Source: a bacterium
Lineage (GTDB): Bacteria > Bacteroidota > Ignavibacteria > UBA10030
Assembly: GCA_043803945.1 (NCBI GenBank)
Contig: JAZDJN010000101.1
Span: forward strand, 1 to 64,000
DNA: 64,000 bases
Direction: 5' to 3'
Below the pieces are notes generated by a model. That model saw only the letters and a program-made list of their open reading frames with translations. It was not told where the DNA came from and did no database searches. A program made the translations under genes and the position numbers. Below are positions 10,479-21,726 of this stretch, in pieces (the stretch's first letter is position 1; every line of letters starts with the position of its first letter).

Positions 10479-11252
10479 GTTTCTCACAATGAATTGATGA
10501 TTCGCTAGCAGCTGATGACGGCGTACCATTAAGGCAAATAATGATAAAAACCGCAATCGATTGGGATTAGTTTAGAATTATTATAGTCCATTCGCTCAAT
10601 CCAATATTCTCACGTTCCCAAATTCCAATATTCTACCATTCTCTCGTTCCAACATTCTTTCATTCCCACATTCTCCCGCAGAGTGAGCGGCAAGGAAATT
10701 CGGAATGGAAAATATGATTTCACCTTGTGGATCCCCCCCGAAAAAAAACATCCCGATATAAAGCATCCCGATATAAAGCATCGGGACAAGTCGGGACAAG
10801 TCGGGGCAAGCCAACAGAAACACTCGATAAAATACATGGGGGCTAAACGTACTGGGAACACTGAGGAGTTTTCAGCGAGGCTTCTCTCTCACTTCCCTCT
10901 CTCGTCCGCGAGAGAGGGAAGTGCGCTCTCTATGCGACAGGGTGAGAGGCAAGGAAATGCGGAAGTATGGAAATATGAGAATAAGGGAATAGGAAAATGT
11001 GGGAATTGTTATTTGAGATTTGTGTTTTTGTCAGCTTTCAGTCGCCGCCGCTCATCTTCTCTCTTTTCTCATCTTTCATCTCACATATTGTTATAGGTCG
11101 GGAGCTGGAGCTCCTCGCCACGGGCCCAACTGCGTTCGCCTTCGGCCTGCCCCGTCTCACGGGGCGAACTTCCGCCAAAAAGATGGCGGACAGGTCGTCG
11201 GGCAAGCGAGTCTAGCGACCTCCCAGAGTAAAACCTCCAAGCGTGAAGAACA

Positions 11253-11522
11253 CTAGCGGAACCAGAAGAAGAAGAAAACAACGACGCCAATGAAGAGGAA
11301 AAGCCAAAAAGGATGCTTGAGGAGAACAAATATACTGGAGAAGGTAAACTCGATGATTTTTGTCCCGCTGCCATGGAATTTTAATCCGCGCCAGCGGCAG
11401 TCGTGGCAGCGATAGTAGTGTGAAAGGAAAATGGATCTAATGAATCCCTCGAAAATATTATGATGATGAGATTTGTAGATTTGATCGCTGGAACATTTGG
11501 GACAGTACATAATAGGTATCAA
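11253..11522 (-). CDS. Small hypothetical Zn-ribbon membrane protein
   Basis: CPKC..CHDC pair and hydrophobic C-terminus. Confidence 0.5.
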   Translation of the reverse strand: MIPIMYCPKCSSDQIYKSHHHNIFEGFIRSIFLSHYYRCHDCRWRGLKFHGSGTKIIEFTFSSIFVLLKHPFWLFLFIGVVVFFFFWFR

Positions 11523-11852
11523 GTAAAAATGAAAAGGGAAAATACAAAATTAAAAAGAGTAAGAAGTAAAAATAAAAAGGAAAAAGGAAAAAAAATCTGT
11601 ATTCCAAATTCAACATTCAGAATTCTGAATTCCTTCCCCCCAATCTCCAATCGTCAATCGGAAATCGTCAATCTTCAAAGTCCTTCGATCTTCATTCGTC
11701 AATCGGAAATCGTCAATCTCTCCTTCTAACCCACTCTTCTCGTCTTACCCTCTTACACTCTCATCTCCTCATCACCCACTCTCCCATTCTCCACTTCTGC
11801 CACTCTCCTTGCCACACACTCGTACCTCTTACACTCTCATCTCTCCCCCTTT

Positions 11853-14216
11853 TCAACCCGTCTCCCTCTTCCTCCTCTTTATTTCCTTCTCTCCCTCACC
11901 ATTGTCGCCATAAACTCCATATTTTGAGCCATAACCATACGAATAATAGCGATAGCGATAATAACCGTAATAGCCGCCGTAAGCTGTACGGAGGTCGAAG
12001 TTGTTCAGGACTACTCCAAGTACTTTTCCTCCAACTCCAAGAAGAAGCTCCATCATCCTGTCGACGGCATCCATGCGGGTGATACCGGCGGAGACCACAG
12101 GAATAACTCCATCGGCGATGGTTGCAAGAATAGAAGGATCTGATACAGCGAGAACCGGCGGTGAATCGAAGAAAATGAAATCATATTTCTTCTTCATCTG
12201 TTCAATAAAATCACGGAATTTCTGGGAACCCAAAACTTCCGCAGGATTCGGAGGAATGCTGCCGCAACAGATAAGATCCAGATTTTCAACGATGGAAGGT
12301 TGAATGACATCCTGTTCTTTTGCAGATCCAAAGAGATGGTCTGAAATACCGGGCTCTCGCTTTAAGCCAAACTCGTTATGCAGATTCGGTTTGCGCAGGT
12401 CTGTATCGAGAAGAAGGACTTTTTTCCCGGTTTGAGCAAATGCAATAGCAAGGTTGGAAATCGTCGTCGATTTTCCTTCTGAAGGATTGGCACTGGTGAC
12501 AAGGATTACCCTCACCGGCTCATCCAATCGAGCGTATTGAATGTTCGTCCTTAATCGGCGGAAGGACTCTGCAATTGACGACAGGGGATTCGAGAATGTC
12601 AACAGATGAGCATCAAGTTCCTGGTCTTCATAATTAATCTTAGTCTTGCCCCCCAATCTTTTCAGTTCCTCATCCATAAGTGCAATGGCGCTGAGTGGAG
12701 AGATTCCCCGTTTCTTCAGATCCTCCGGAGTGCGAACACGGACATCCATGAATTCCTTTATGTAAACAAAACCGACACCAAGAACGAGCCCAAGCAATGC
12801 CCCTACCATCAGATTGATTTGCTTCCTTGGAGAAACCGGTCCACCCGGCACAACGGCAGGGTCGATGATATCGATGTAGCCGAATTCCGACTGCTCATTG
12901 ATGGTCGCTTCGTTATACTTTTCTTCCACCAATAAATATAACTTTTCATTACTTAAGCGTGACCGTTGAAGTCTGGCATATTCGATACTCCTTTGCGGGA
13001 TGCGTTCGAATTGAGACTCGTATTGTTTGATCACCTCTATGAGAGCTCGTTTTTTTGCGAGCTTCGATTGCCGGTCAATATTGATTTCTGTAATCTTCGC
13101 TTTGAGCAGGCTCAGGTACGCTGCAGGATCGTTCGCACCGGTGACTGTCTGTCCCGGAATGAGAGATTTGAGATACTCATTCGTTCGCTTGGTAAGTTTT
13201 TCCCGAATGCCATTGATTTTTTCATTTAACTCATTAAGAGTTTGAGTATAAATTTGCTGGCCGGTGAGACTCGGATTTTTTGCGATAAAAACGTCGCGCT
13301 CTACTTCGACTTTAGCAAGCTCATTCTGCATTTGGCGGATGTAGGGATCGTTTGCCTCACCCATCGCGCGTGCGACATTCGGTTCGACCTTTTTCAGTTC
13401 TTCCTGGTACGAAGAGAGAGTATTTTCGGTGGCCTGAACTTCAATATCGATTGCATCGCGGTTTGCTTCGAGTTGAGCGAGCTGATCGATCACCTTTTTT
13501 GCCTCATCGTCGAGTGAGACAATTCCTTCCGTTTCCATGTATTTTTGGAGATTTTGCTCGGCGTTGTCGAGATTCCCCTGCCTGGATTTTAGTTGTTCCT
13601 GAAGAAAAACACGAACCGTACGCGATCTTGCCCGGCTTTGAAACATGTTACGATCATAATAAGCGGCGGCGTATGTATTTGCGATGATCGCAGCACATTC
13701 TGCTGAAGCACCCTTAGCAGTAATTTTAATTACATCGGAATCCCGTACAGGTTCGAACGTGATGGTAGTTTCGAGTCGAGAAATAACTTCTGTGACCGTG
13801 GCAAATTCTCTCTCGAATGCTGCATTTTCAGGTGGTGCAATAATAGGGAGTTTTTGCAGTTTGGTAGAGTCTGTGAATTTCTTTTCGAGGAGAGCTTTTG
13901 CGACGACTTCAGCTATAGAACGAGATTTGAGAATCTCGAGTTCATTTTTGATGTTCTTCTGGTCGCCAAAACCGCTAATATCAAAAAGAAAACCCCCGCT
14001 GGACCTCTGCCCTTTTGTATCGACAAGGACGCTCGTGGTTGCTTCATAGATCGGTTGCCTGGTGTAGGTATAAAGAACAGTTGTTACCATAGTGAGGAAG
14101 AAGATGGAGAGGATCCACCATTTCCCTCTGAGGATAATCTGGAGGTAATCCTCGAATCGAGGTTCTTGATTAACACCATTTGAGTTGAGACTATAGCCTT
14201 CTTTACCATTATTCAT
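11853..14216 (-). CDS. wzc: Polysaccharide co-polymerase / BY-kinase (Wzc/GumC family)
   Basis: Two TM segments with coiled coil, SANPSEGKST, DTDLRKP, FDSPP, Tyr-rich C-terminal cluster. Confidence 0.93.
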   Translation of the reverse strand: MNNGKEGYSLNSNGVNQEPRFEDYLQIILRGKWWILSIFFLTMVTTVLYTYTRQPIYEATTSVLVDTKGQRSSGGFLFDISGFGDQKNIKNELEILKSRSIAEVVAKALLEKKFTDSTKLQKLPIIAPPENAAFEREFATVTEVISRLETTITFEPVRDSDVIKITAKGASAECAAIIANTYAAAYYDRNMFQSRARSRTVRVFLQEQLKSRQGNLDNAEQNLQKYMETEGIVSLDDEAKKVIDQLAQLEANRDAIDIEVQATENTLSSYQEELKKVEPNVARAMGEANDPYIRQMQNELAKVEVERDVFIAKNPSLTGQQIYTQTLNELNEKINGIREKLTKRTNEYLKSLIPGQTVTGANDPAAYLSLLKAKITEINIDRQSKLAKKRALIEVIKQYESQFERIPQRSIEYARLQRSRLSNEKLYLLVEEKYNEATINEQSEFGYIDIIDPAVVPGGPVSPRKQINLMVGALLGLVLGVGFVYIKEFMDVRVRTPEDLKKRGISPLSAIALMDEELKRLGGKTKINYEDQELDAHLLTFSNPLSSIAESFRRLRTNIQYARLDEPVRVILVTSANPSEGKSTTISNLAIAFAQTGKKVLLLDTDLRKPNLHNEFGLKREPGISDHLFGSAKEQDVIQPSIVENLDLICCGSIPPNPAEVLGSQKFRDFIEQMKKKYDFIFFDSPPVLAVSDPSILATIADGVIPVVSAGITRMDAVDRMMELLLGVGGKVLGVVLNNFDLRTAYGGYYGYYRYRYYSYGYGSKYGVYGDNGEGEKEIKRRKRETG

Positions 14217-15451
14217 GAAATAACTTTCCCCTTGTTAGAACTTCAATTCTAGCGATTAAATGTACAAAAAAGTGATGCCATCGGCAATGAAATTTTATAG
14301 TAGAATATTAGCCGCCAAGATTTTTTGATTAAAAGATTGAACGATTAAGAATAAATAATATTCGAAAGATTGAACCGCCCTGTCTGCCGACCTGTCCCTG
14401 ACTGCGTGACGAACACTTCGTCAGGCAGGCGCCGAAGCGTAGCGTAGGCGGAAGTGCCTTCAGCCTGACTGCCGGAGCGGCAGCGCAGGCAGGCAAATCG
14501 CCAACGACGCCAAGGATAGAATTTATGAAAAGAATAAGAGTGTAAATACACTACTTCACTCAGGAGATGCATCCAGAGCAAGGACAACGTATAAAGTAGT
14601 GGTACGATGCTTGGACAGCAGTGATACGCATCAATATTTCAACACCCGTAAAAAGAGAAAGGTTTCTGACATTGGGTGTGTGGTGCATGACGATGATAGG
14701 CATCACGTTGAAGCGAAAAAACAGAATGAGTTACGCGTATAAGTCAGGAGTAGAACTCCCTTCCAGTATCAAAGTTAAGACTTGGTATCTTCTAAGAAAA
14801 AATTACTAGTTTTTTCCTTGCTAGCCCGAAGGCATCCCCACCAGACCTGCCCGACTACGCCGTTCAGGCGGGACGCATGGCGCCTGTCTGCCGACCTGTC
14901 CGCCGAAACGATTTATCCGCCGGAGCATGGCGTAGGTGGAAGTGTAGGCGGAAGTGCTTGGCACGCAGGCAGGGGCTGGTTGCCGAGGGCGAAGATAAAA
15001 TTTGAGATATCTTACGTAAAGAGGAAGGGAACTATGTAATGAGAACGATAGGGTGAGGGCTGGAAGCAAGAGAGGCTTTTCTGATGATGGTTGGGAGCGG
15101 AGCGCCTTGCCAGAAGCGTGTCTATCGACCTCCCAGCAGTTGAGGGTGAGGATGAAATGCATGATATCTACCAGCAGCATGCTCGGCGAGACGCCTTCGC
15201 TCTAGGATCTTAGGAAAGAAGAGATAGGTTCCGAACTTTTTTCTTCTTTGAAACCACCCCTCTCCCGTGAACGCGTTATTTGCGTCCCGTGCTTTATGCG
15301 GGACGGGAGAGGGACCTATGAATTACAATCGACAGGGTGAGGGGTAAATGCAGGCGGGGACGCCTTCGGTCCTTTTTTTCTACTCGTTCAGAATTCTCCT
15401 CACGATAATATCTCTTTCCTTGTACGTCCTTTTTCCCTATTTTTCCTACGT

Positions 15452-16153
15452 ATGCGAATTGCGATCCTATCAGATATCCATTCTAACTTACCCGCGTTGC
15501 TTCAAGCCTTCTCCATTATCGATGAGCAGCGCATCGATGAAATTTATTGTCTAGGAGATATTGTGGGCTACGGAGGGAATCCGAACGAATGTGTCAATCT
15601 TATAGGCAAACATGCTACACATTGTGTGCTGGGTAATCACGATCTTGGGGCTATCGATCTTTCTCAATCTGAATATTTTACACGGCCTGGCAAGATTGCA
15701 GCGGATTGGACGTATGAAGTCCTGACAGAGGAGAATTTCGAGTTTTTAAAATCACTCCCCTATAAACAAGAAACAAAGTTCGCCACTTTGTCTCATGCAA
15801 ATCCCTCTGAACCTGAAGGTTGGAGTTATGTAGTATCCCTCGAGGATGCGGAGCCGCAATTTGAGAATTTCAACTCACCGGTGTGCTTCATAGGGCACTC
15901 GCATATCCCCTTTATATGTGGTGAAGATTTAAGGACTCTCACTTTAAAGAAAGGTACGCGAGCATTGATCAACGTTGGGAGTGTGGGTCAACCACGCGAT
16001 CATAATCCACAATTGAGCTTCGGAATCCTGGACACTAGTGAATGGACATATAGGAATATTAGATCTGATTATGATATTAGCTCAGCAGCTGAAGCAATTG
16101 TGAGAAATGGGCTGCCGAGATATTTGGCTGAGAGGTTGTTTAAGGGAGTGTGA
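15452..16153 (+). CDS. Metallophosphoesterase family protein
   Basis: SDIHSN, LGDIVGY, GNHD, GHSH, NVGSVGQPRD. Confidence 0.92.
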   Translation: MRIAILSDIHSNLPALLQAFSIIDEQRIDEIYCLGDIVGYGGNPNECVNLIGKHATHCVLGNHDLGAIDLSQSEYFTRPGKIAADWTYEVLTEENFEFLKSLPYKQETKFATLSHANPSEPEGWSYVVSLEDAEPQFENFNSPVCFIGHSHIPFICGEDLRTLTLKKGTRALINVGSVGQPRDHNPQLSFGILDTSEWTYRNIRSDYDISSAAEAIVRNGLPRYLAERLFKGV

Positions 16154-16978
16154 TTGAGTATCAGTAAAGAGTAGGGAGTATTAAGTAAGAAGCAGAAAGA
16201 GTGAGCAGACAGTAGAAGGCAGATTGCAGACAAAGAAAGATTTTGTACGACAGACCTCTATAACGTGCTCTATTGAGTTTTCCTTTTCATGCTCTGCGGG
16301 CCAGCCCGAAAGAACACCCAGTGTGAAGTAGTTGGCACGTTCTCTCTGATTGTTCCATCTAGCCCGAATGTGTCTTACCGAGGGCGAAAACGAATCCCAA
16401 GCTATCGCTTGACTTGCTCGGCGGGACGCCTTCGCTTTAGGAGATTAGGTAAGAAGATTTAGGTCCCGAACTTTTTTTCTTCTTTGAAACATCCCTCTCC
16501 CGTGAACGCGTTTTTTGCGTCCTGTGCGTTACGCGGTACGGGAGAGGGACATTCGATTTATCATCGACAGGGTGAGGGTTAGTTAAATGCGGAATGAGGA
16601 AGTGTGAATGGGGAATTGTAAGCGGGACACTCCCCCTATGCCGCATTTGAGCCTAGTGGAAAAGGGAGATTGTTATACGCATGGTGGATCCCCGACAAAT
16701 GCACTCGGGGAACACTACCAGTGGTCAGAAAATAACAAGCAAAAATCAGAGTTCCCAAAATGACTCTGTTTGGGATCTACTATATGGTAATGTACTACAA
16801 TGCATAGTAGATCCCCGACAAATGCACTCGGGGAACACTGGTGAGATTTTAGGCAAGGCTTTTCCATCACCCTACCCTCTTCCGCTCACGGGAGAGGGAC
16901 CTGCGTTCTATGAGCGACAGGGTGAGGGTTGGTTAAATGCGAACAGGTAGATAGGAAGCAGGAGAACCGTTGGAATGC

Positions 16979-17401
16979 TCAATCGGAAAGATGGAAATGC
17001 TTCACTATTGCGGTATAAAAAACTTCGAGGTCTTTAAGATTCGATACTAAAATTTTCCTTAGGATATCGAGATTGATTTCTTGATACTCATGAACTGCAA
17101 TATTTCGAAATCCAATCATTCGTTCCATCTTTTCACAGAGATCGTGGTCGATGATGGTGTTATCGCGAAGAAAGCGGAAATGTTCTTTCATATCCTGCGG
17201 CACACCAAATCCTTCCGAAGCAACGATGTGGGCTGCAAGATCGATTGCTGCTTGAACGGCACGCTGGAGATTGAGTACGAAAATATCTTGCCGATCGATA
17301 TCATCGAGGCGGTTTGGATCAAGAGCTGTGACGAGGCTGATACGCTTGAGACACCTTTTAATAATCCCGATTTTCGCGAAGACAACATCACGATCAACCA
17401 T
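16979..17401 (-). CDS. DUF86/HepT HEPN ribonuclease toxin
   Basis: LNLQRAVQAAIDLAAH, GFRNIAVHEY (RX4HXY). Confidence 0.92.
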   Translation of the reverse strand: MVDRDVVFAKIGIIKRCLKRISLVTALDPNRLDDIDRQDIFVLNLQRAVQAAIDLAAHIVASEGFGVPQDMKEHFRFLRDNTIIDHDLCEKMERMIGFRNIAVHEYQEINLDILRKILVSNLKDLEVFYTAIVKHFHLSD

Positions 17402-17822
17402 AGATTAGCCCCTCCAGGATACGGTGTTCAATCGGCCTTCTCACAATTTTTAGGTCATGATAGTTGTTGAACGTGCTCACAATGAATTGGTTGACTTTCC
17501 GTTCGTCCCGCACAAAAATCTTTTTACCTTTCCGCAGCACCTGCATACAAATAATGGGTGAAGAGATATTCATAAGCATCAGATCGATCGAATCATGGCG
17601 GAGAAGATTCGCTACTTTAATTGTTGCTCTAGCGCGATAGTACAGCGGGTAATCGGCTTTTTCGACCTTCTCCTCATAAACGAGGAGTGCAATATCGATA
17701 TCCTCAGGGGTGTCCCTGGTCAGTATTGAACCAAAGAGAAACAGAGCAGCGATTTCCTGGTGTGATTCCGCGAAACTACACAACTGCTGCTCTACCTCAT
17801 CCAGAATCATTGGTGCTTTCAT
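17394..17822 (-). CDS. MntA-type nucleotidyltransferase antitoxin
   Basis: FLFGS-x8-DID, IDLMLMN; overlaps the HEPN start. Confidence 0.87.
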   Translation of the reverse strand: MKAPMILDEVEQQLCSFAESHQEIAALFLFGSILTRDTPEDIDIALLVYEEKVEKADYPLYYRARATIKVANLLRHDSIDLMLMNISSPIICMQVLRKGKKIFVRDERKVNQFIVSTFNNYHDLKIVRRPIEHRILEGLIYG

Positions 17823-18209
17823 ATTGCTTATGAATTATTAATGGTGAAGACTGCGGATTGTTTCTCAGTATTTCCGCTTGTTTAAATATACGACATAATG
17901 AGCGATTGGTGCAAGGAGTGACCTTTAAATATTGAATTGGGAATAATAAATGGTGAATTAGGGGACAGGAAACGGTGAAGAGTAAAAAGTATTGAGTAGG
18001 AAGTAGAAAGAGAGAGCAGAGAGCAGAAAACAGATTTAAATTTCGTTCCTTTTCACACTCGGCGACCTGCCCGACGAAACACGCAGTGTGAAGTCGGGGA
18101 CGCCTTCGCTTTAGGAGGTGAGGAAAGATTGATTTTTTCCGCGTAGTAGATCCACTGTCCACCGGAGGACGCCGAAATGATTTTTATCGCGTGAGAACTG
18201 GGGAACCGA

Positions 18210-18476
18210 CTAGGGAAAATATCTATACACTTCTTTTCTCTGTAAGCACCGGACAAATGTCACCGTATTATGTTCTATTGTGATACCGATACGGTATTGA
18301 CCAATACGAATTCGGTAATACTTCCCCTTTGTTGAGAGCTTTTTGAGATTCTGGATTTGCTGCGGAGTAGAGGCTTGTTCAACGTTGATAATAACTCGTT
18401 CAATTTCCCGTAGAATATTCTTCCCGGAAATAATACGGATATCTTTTTCAAAACTTTCTTTGAAGAGAAGATTCAT
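18210..18476 (-). CDS. RelE/ParE family toxin
   Basis: KKL..YYRIRIGQYRIG..RKEVYRYFP. Confidence 0.9.
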   Translation of the reverse strand: MNLLFKESFEKDIRIISGKNILREIERVIINVEQASTPQQIQNLKKLSTKGKYYRIRIGQYRIGITIEHNTVTFVRCLQRKEVYRYFP

Positions 18477-18682
18477 TTCCGGATCTTTAGAATATTCAAT
18501 ACTTTTGCTTTGGAGATCGTCTTTGTCTTTTCTCCCTCCTGAATAGCCCGCGTGAGAGCGATATCTTCAAACACATCCAATACCGTTTCGCGGATGAAAT
18601 CCTTATTTTCTTCAAACACTTCGCTCACTGCGTCTTTCAGCAAGACTTTGAGCTTAGTTTCTCGAACCGCTGTTGTTGGCAT
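18473..18682 (-). CDS. Antitoxin partner of RelE
   Basis: EDIALTRAIQEGEKT motif; ATGA overlap with the toxin. Confidence 0.8.
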   Translation of the reverse strand: MPTTAVRETKLKVLLKDAVSEVFEENKDFIRETVLDVFEDIALTRAIQEGEKTKTISKAKVLNILKIRK

Positions 18683-19501
18683 ATTATGTTCCTTTTGATT
18701 ATTAGTAATATCGTAATCAGGTATCTGATATGCAATATCTGGAAGAGTGAAGATTCCCGTCTCACGTCTCTCATTTTACTTCTCTCCTGCATTTAGGGTC
18801 GGGAGGAGATCTCCTCGCCACCAGCCCGCCATGCGTTCTAGCGGGGAGGCGAGTCCATCGACCTCCCAGCCTTAGACTGACCCCCTCACCCTGAAGGACA
18901 CTCCCTCTTGACCACTGATCCCTGATCACTGATTACATTGATTACGCTGATTGCAGTGGAAGGGGAAGAAATTCTTTCGTCTGGTTTTCTTTGCCCTACC
19001 CTCTTCCGTTTACGGGAGAGGGATCGAGCCCGCCCGCCTGAGCGCTTGCGGTCGGGCGGGGGTGAGGGACAGTCAAATGCGGAATTGGGAATGGCCTGCC
19101 TACCGGCATGTCCCTGCCTGCGTGCCAAGCACTTTGGCAGGCAGGCGTCGAAACGAAGTGCAGGCGGAAACACGCAGTGTGAAGTCGGGGACGCCTTCGC
19201 TTTAGGAGGTGAGGAAAGGCGAGTTGAAGATCGGTACCTTTCTTCAGCTAAGGATTCCCCTCTCCCGTCAACTTGCCCGCTACGGCGGGCGGGAGAGAGA
19301 CCTTTGATTTACCATCGATAGGGTGAGGGTTGGTTAAATGCGGAATTGAAGAAATATGGAAATATGAGAATGTGGGAGGTTTCTCTCCCTTCTTACCTCT
19401 CATCCGTTCAGGTCGGGAGCAGACTTGTCCGCCGTCTTTTTGGCGGAGCTCCCTCCCAGCAAATAGTCAGGGTCGGTCATGGACCGACCCCTGAAGAATT
19501 T

Positions 19502-20668
19502 TTATTTTGAAAGGAACTCGCAGATAGAATCTACCACGTAATGAATCTGCTCCGGTGAAAGCTCGGGGTAAATAGGCAGCGCTAAAGAAGTATTCGCTGC
19601 ACGGGCAGATTTCGGATAGGCGTTTTGATCCGGTTTCAAATCGGTAAAGCATTCCTGCTTATGGAACGGGACGGGATAATAAATTTCTACTCCAATCTGT
19701 TTCTCCTGAAGAAACTTCCTTAACTCATCCCTCTTCTCAATTCGGATGACGTACTGGTTATAAATATGATGGTTCTTATGGCCGCTTGATTCATAGACTG
19801 CCTTCGGCAGCAGCACTTTGTTCTTTGCATCGTATTCCAGTTTCCCGGTCTCTGTCGCAACACCCTTGTCAATAAACAACTTCGTATAAAGAGCGGCGTT
19901 CTTTCTTCTTCCTTCCGACCAGGAATCAAGATGCGGAAGTTTCACATTTAATACTGCGGATTGGATTGCATCGATCCGGAAATTTCCACCGATAACCTTA
20001 TGATAATACTTTGGCTTACCACCATGGACTCTGAGAATCTTGAGAGATTCACCGAGGGCTGGATCATTCGTCACGACTAATCCGCCATCGCCAAAACAGC
20101 CAAGATTTTTACTCGGGAAGAATGAATAACATCCGATTGTACCAATCGTGCCAACCATTTTTCCGTCTTTGTACTGAACGCCAATTGCCTGAGCGGCGTC
20201 TTCTACCACAGGAATGTTATACTTTGCACTGATCTGCATGATCTCTTCCATTGCAGCGCTCTGGCCAAAGAGATGGACAGGCAAAATCGCTTTTGTGCAT
20301 GGAGTGATTTTCTTTTCAATCTCTGCCGGATCGATATTAAAGGTGACGGGGTCGATATCGCAAAGGACAGGTGTTGCACCGAGGCGGAAGACAACACCGG
20401 CCGTAGCAAAGAATGAGTAATCAGGTACGATCACTTCATCCCCGGCTTTAACCTTGAGCGCCATTAAGGCAACCAAGAGGGCATCCGTTCCAGATGAGAC
20501 TCCGATTGCATATTTACAGCCAAGGTACTCGCACAGGCTCTTCTCCAGTTTTTCTACTTCAGGGCCAAGGATAAAGTATTGGGATTCGGCGACGCGGATG
20601 AGGGCAGCATCTAGTTCTGTTTTTAGCGTAGCATATTGTGCTTTAAGGTCTAATAAGGGTACGTTCAT
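19502..20668 (-). CDS. DegT/DnrJ/EryC1/StrS aminotransferase (WbpE-like)
   Basis: SSGTDAL, EDAAQA, SFFPSKNLG (PLP lysine), GDGG. Confidence 0.94.
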   Translation of the reverse strand: MNVPLLDLKAQYATLKTELDAALIRVAESQYFILGPEVEKLEKSLCEYLGCKYAIGVSSGTDALLVALMALKVKAGDEVIVPDYSFFATAGVVFRLGATPVLCDIDPVTFNIDPAEIEKKITPCTKAILPVHLFGQSAAMEEIMQISAKYNIPVVEDAAQAIGVQYKDGKMVGTIGTIGCYSFFPSKNLGCFGDGGLVVTNDPALGESLKILRVHGGKPKYYHKVIGGNFRIDAIQSAVLNVKLPHLDSWSEGRRKNAALYTKLFIDKGVATETGKLEYDAKNKVLLPKAVYESSGHKNHHIYNQYVIRIEKRDELRKFLQEKQIGVEIYYPVPFHKQECFTDLKPDQNAYPKSARAANTSLALPIYPELSPEQIHYVVDSICEFLSK

Positions 20669-21126
20669 AGGAAGCTCGAAATGTTAGTTGTGATTAGTGA
20701 ATGGTGAATAGTAAATAAAAAATAGTGAAGAGTGAAGAGTAATGGGTAGTAAGTATAAAGTAGTAAGTAAAAAGATAGCACAAAACAGATAGCAGTGAGC
20801 GGTAGATAGCTTGCCCGCTGTAATACGAAGTGTGGAGGCGGGTAAACAGTGTACCGCGCACAGTAGACAGTAAAAAAGATGAAGAGAAAATGGATTTCAG
20901 CATATTGGTCAGGGGTACCTGATTATTTGTTGCTTTTGCCGGTACTCAGGCCGGAAGCAGACTTGTCCGCCGTCTTTCGCGTTTTTTGCGTCCGCCATTT
21001 TTGGGGTGGATTGGCGGAGCTCCCTCCCAGCTATAAATTATTCACCACAGAGACACTGGGAGCACAGAGTATTTTAATAATTTATTTTCTCCTCAGTGCT
21101 CTCTGTGACTCTATGGTTTATCTTTA

Positions 21127-21726
21127 TTAAACCTCTTTGACTAAATTGTTTTCGAGTTTATAGGTTTTGCCAGACTTGGGGCAATTTGCGATGCCGTTGG
21201 CATCGAATTTTAATCTCACGCCGGCTTCGCTCATCGAACCAACGATGCGGGCAGCATTTCCTACCACGAGGGCAAAGTCGGGGATATCTTTTGTGACTAC
21301 TGCTCCGGCTCCCACAAAGGCAAAGCGGCCGATTGTGGTACCACAGACGATTGTACTATTTGCTCCGAGTGAAGCAGCCTCCTTAACGAGAGTCTTAATA
21401 TAGAATGCTGCACCAACCTGTGGATATTTCGAGAGCGTATCACGGATATTGGTAAAAACCATGGAGGGACCGCAGAAGACATAATCTTCCAGCGTAACAC
21501 CCTCGTAGACTGAAACGTTATTCTGTATCTTTACAAAATTACCGATGGTGACATTATTGCCCACGTTTACATTTTGCCCGAGGACACATTACTTACCGAT
21601 TTTGGTTCCAGATTGCACGTGGCTGAAATGCCAGATCTTTGTTCCCTCTCCGAGTTCAACGCCATCATCAACAACTGCATGCTTATCGACATAGAAATTC
21701 TTTTTTTCTGCCTCATTCTGTGACAT
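21127..21726 (-). pseudogene. WbpD-like hexapeptide N-acetyltransferase with premature TAA
   Basis: MSQNEAEKKNFYVDKHAVVDDGVELGEGTKIWHFSHVQSGTKIGK*CVLGQNV continues in frame into ORF 21127-21564; stop at 21589-21591. Confidence 0.85.

Noticed and set aside
21589-21591. Stop-codon recoding or alternative genetic code (also 39076-39078)
   Set aside because: TAA terminates many intact genes here, and neighbouring lesions point to pseudogenisation.
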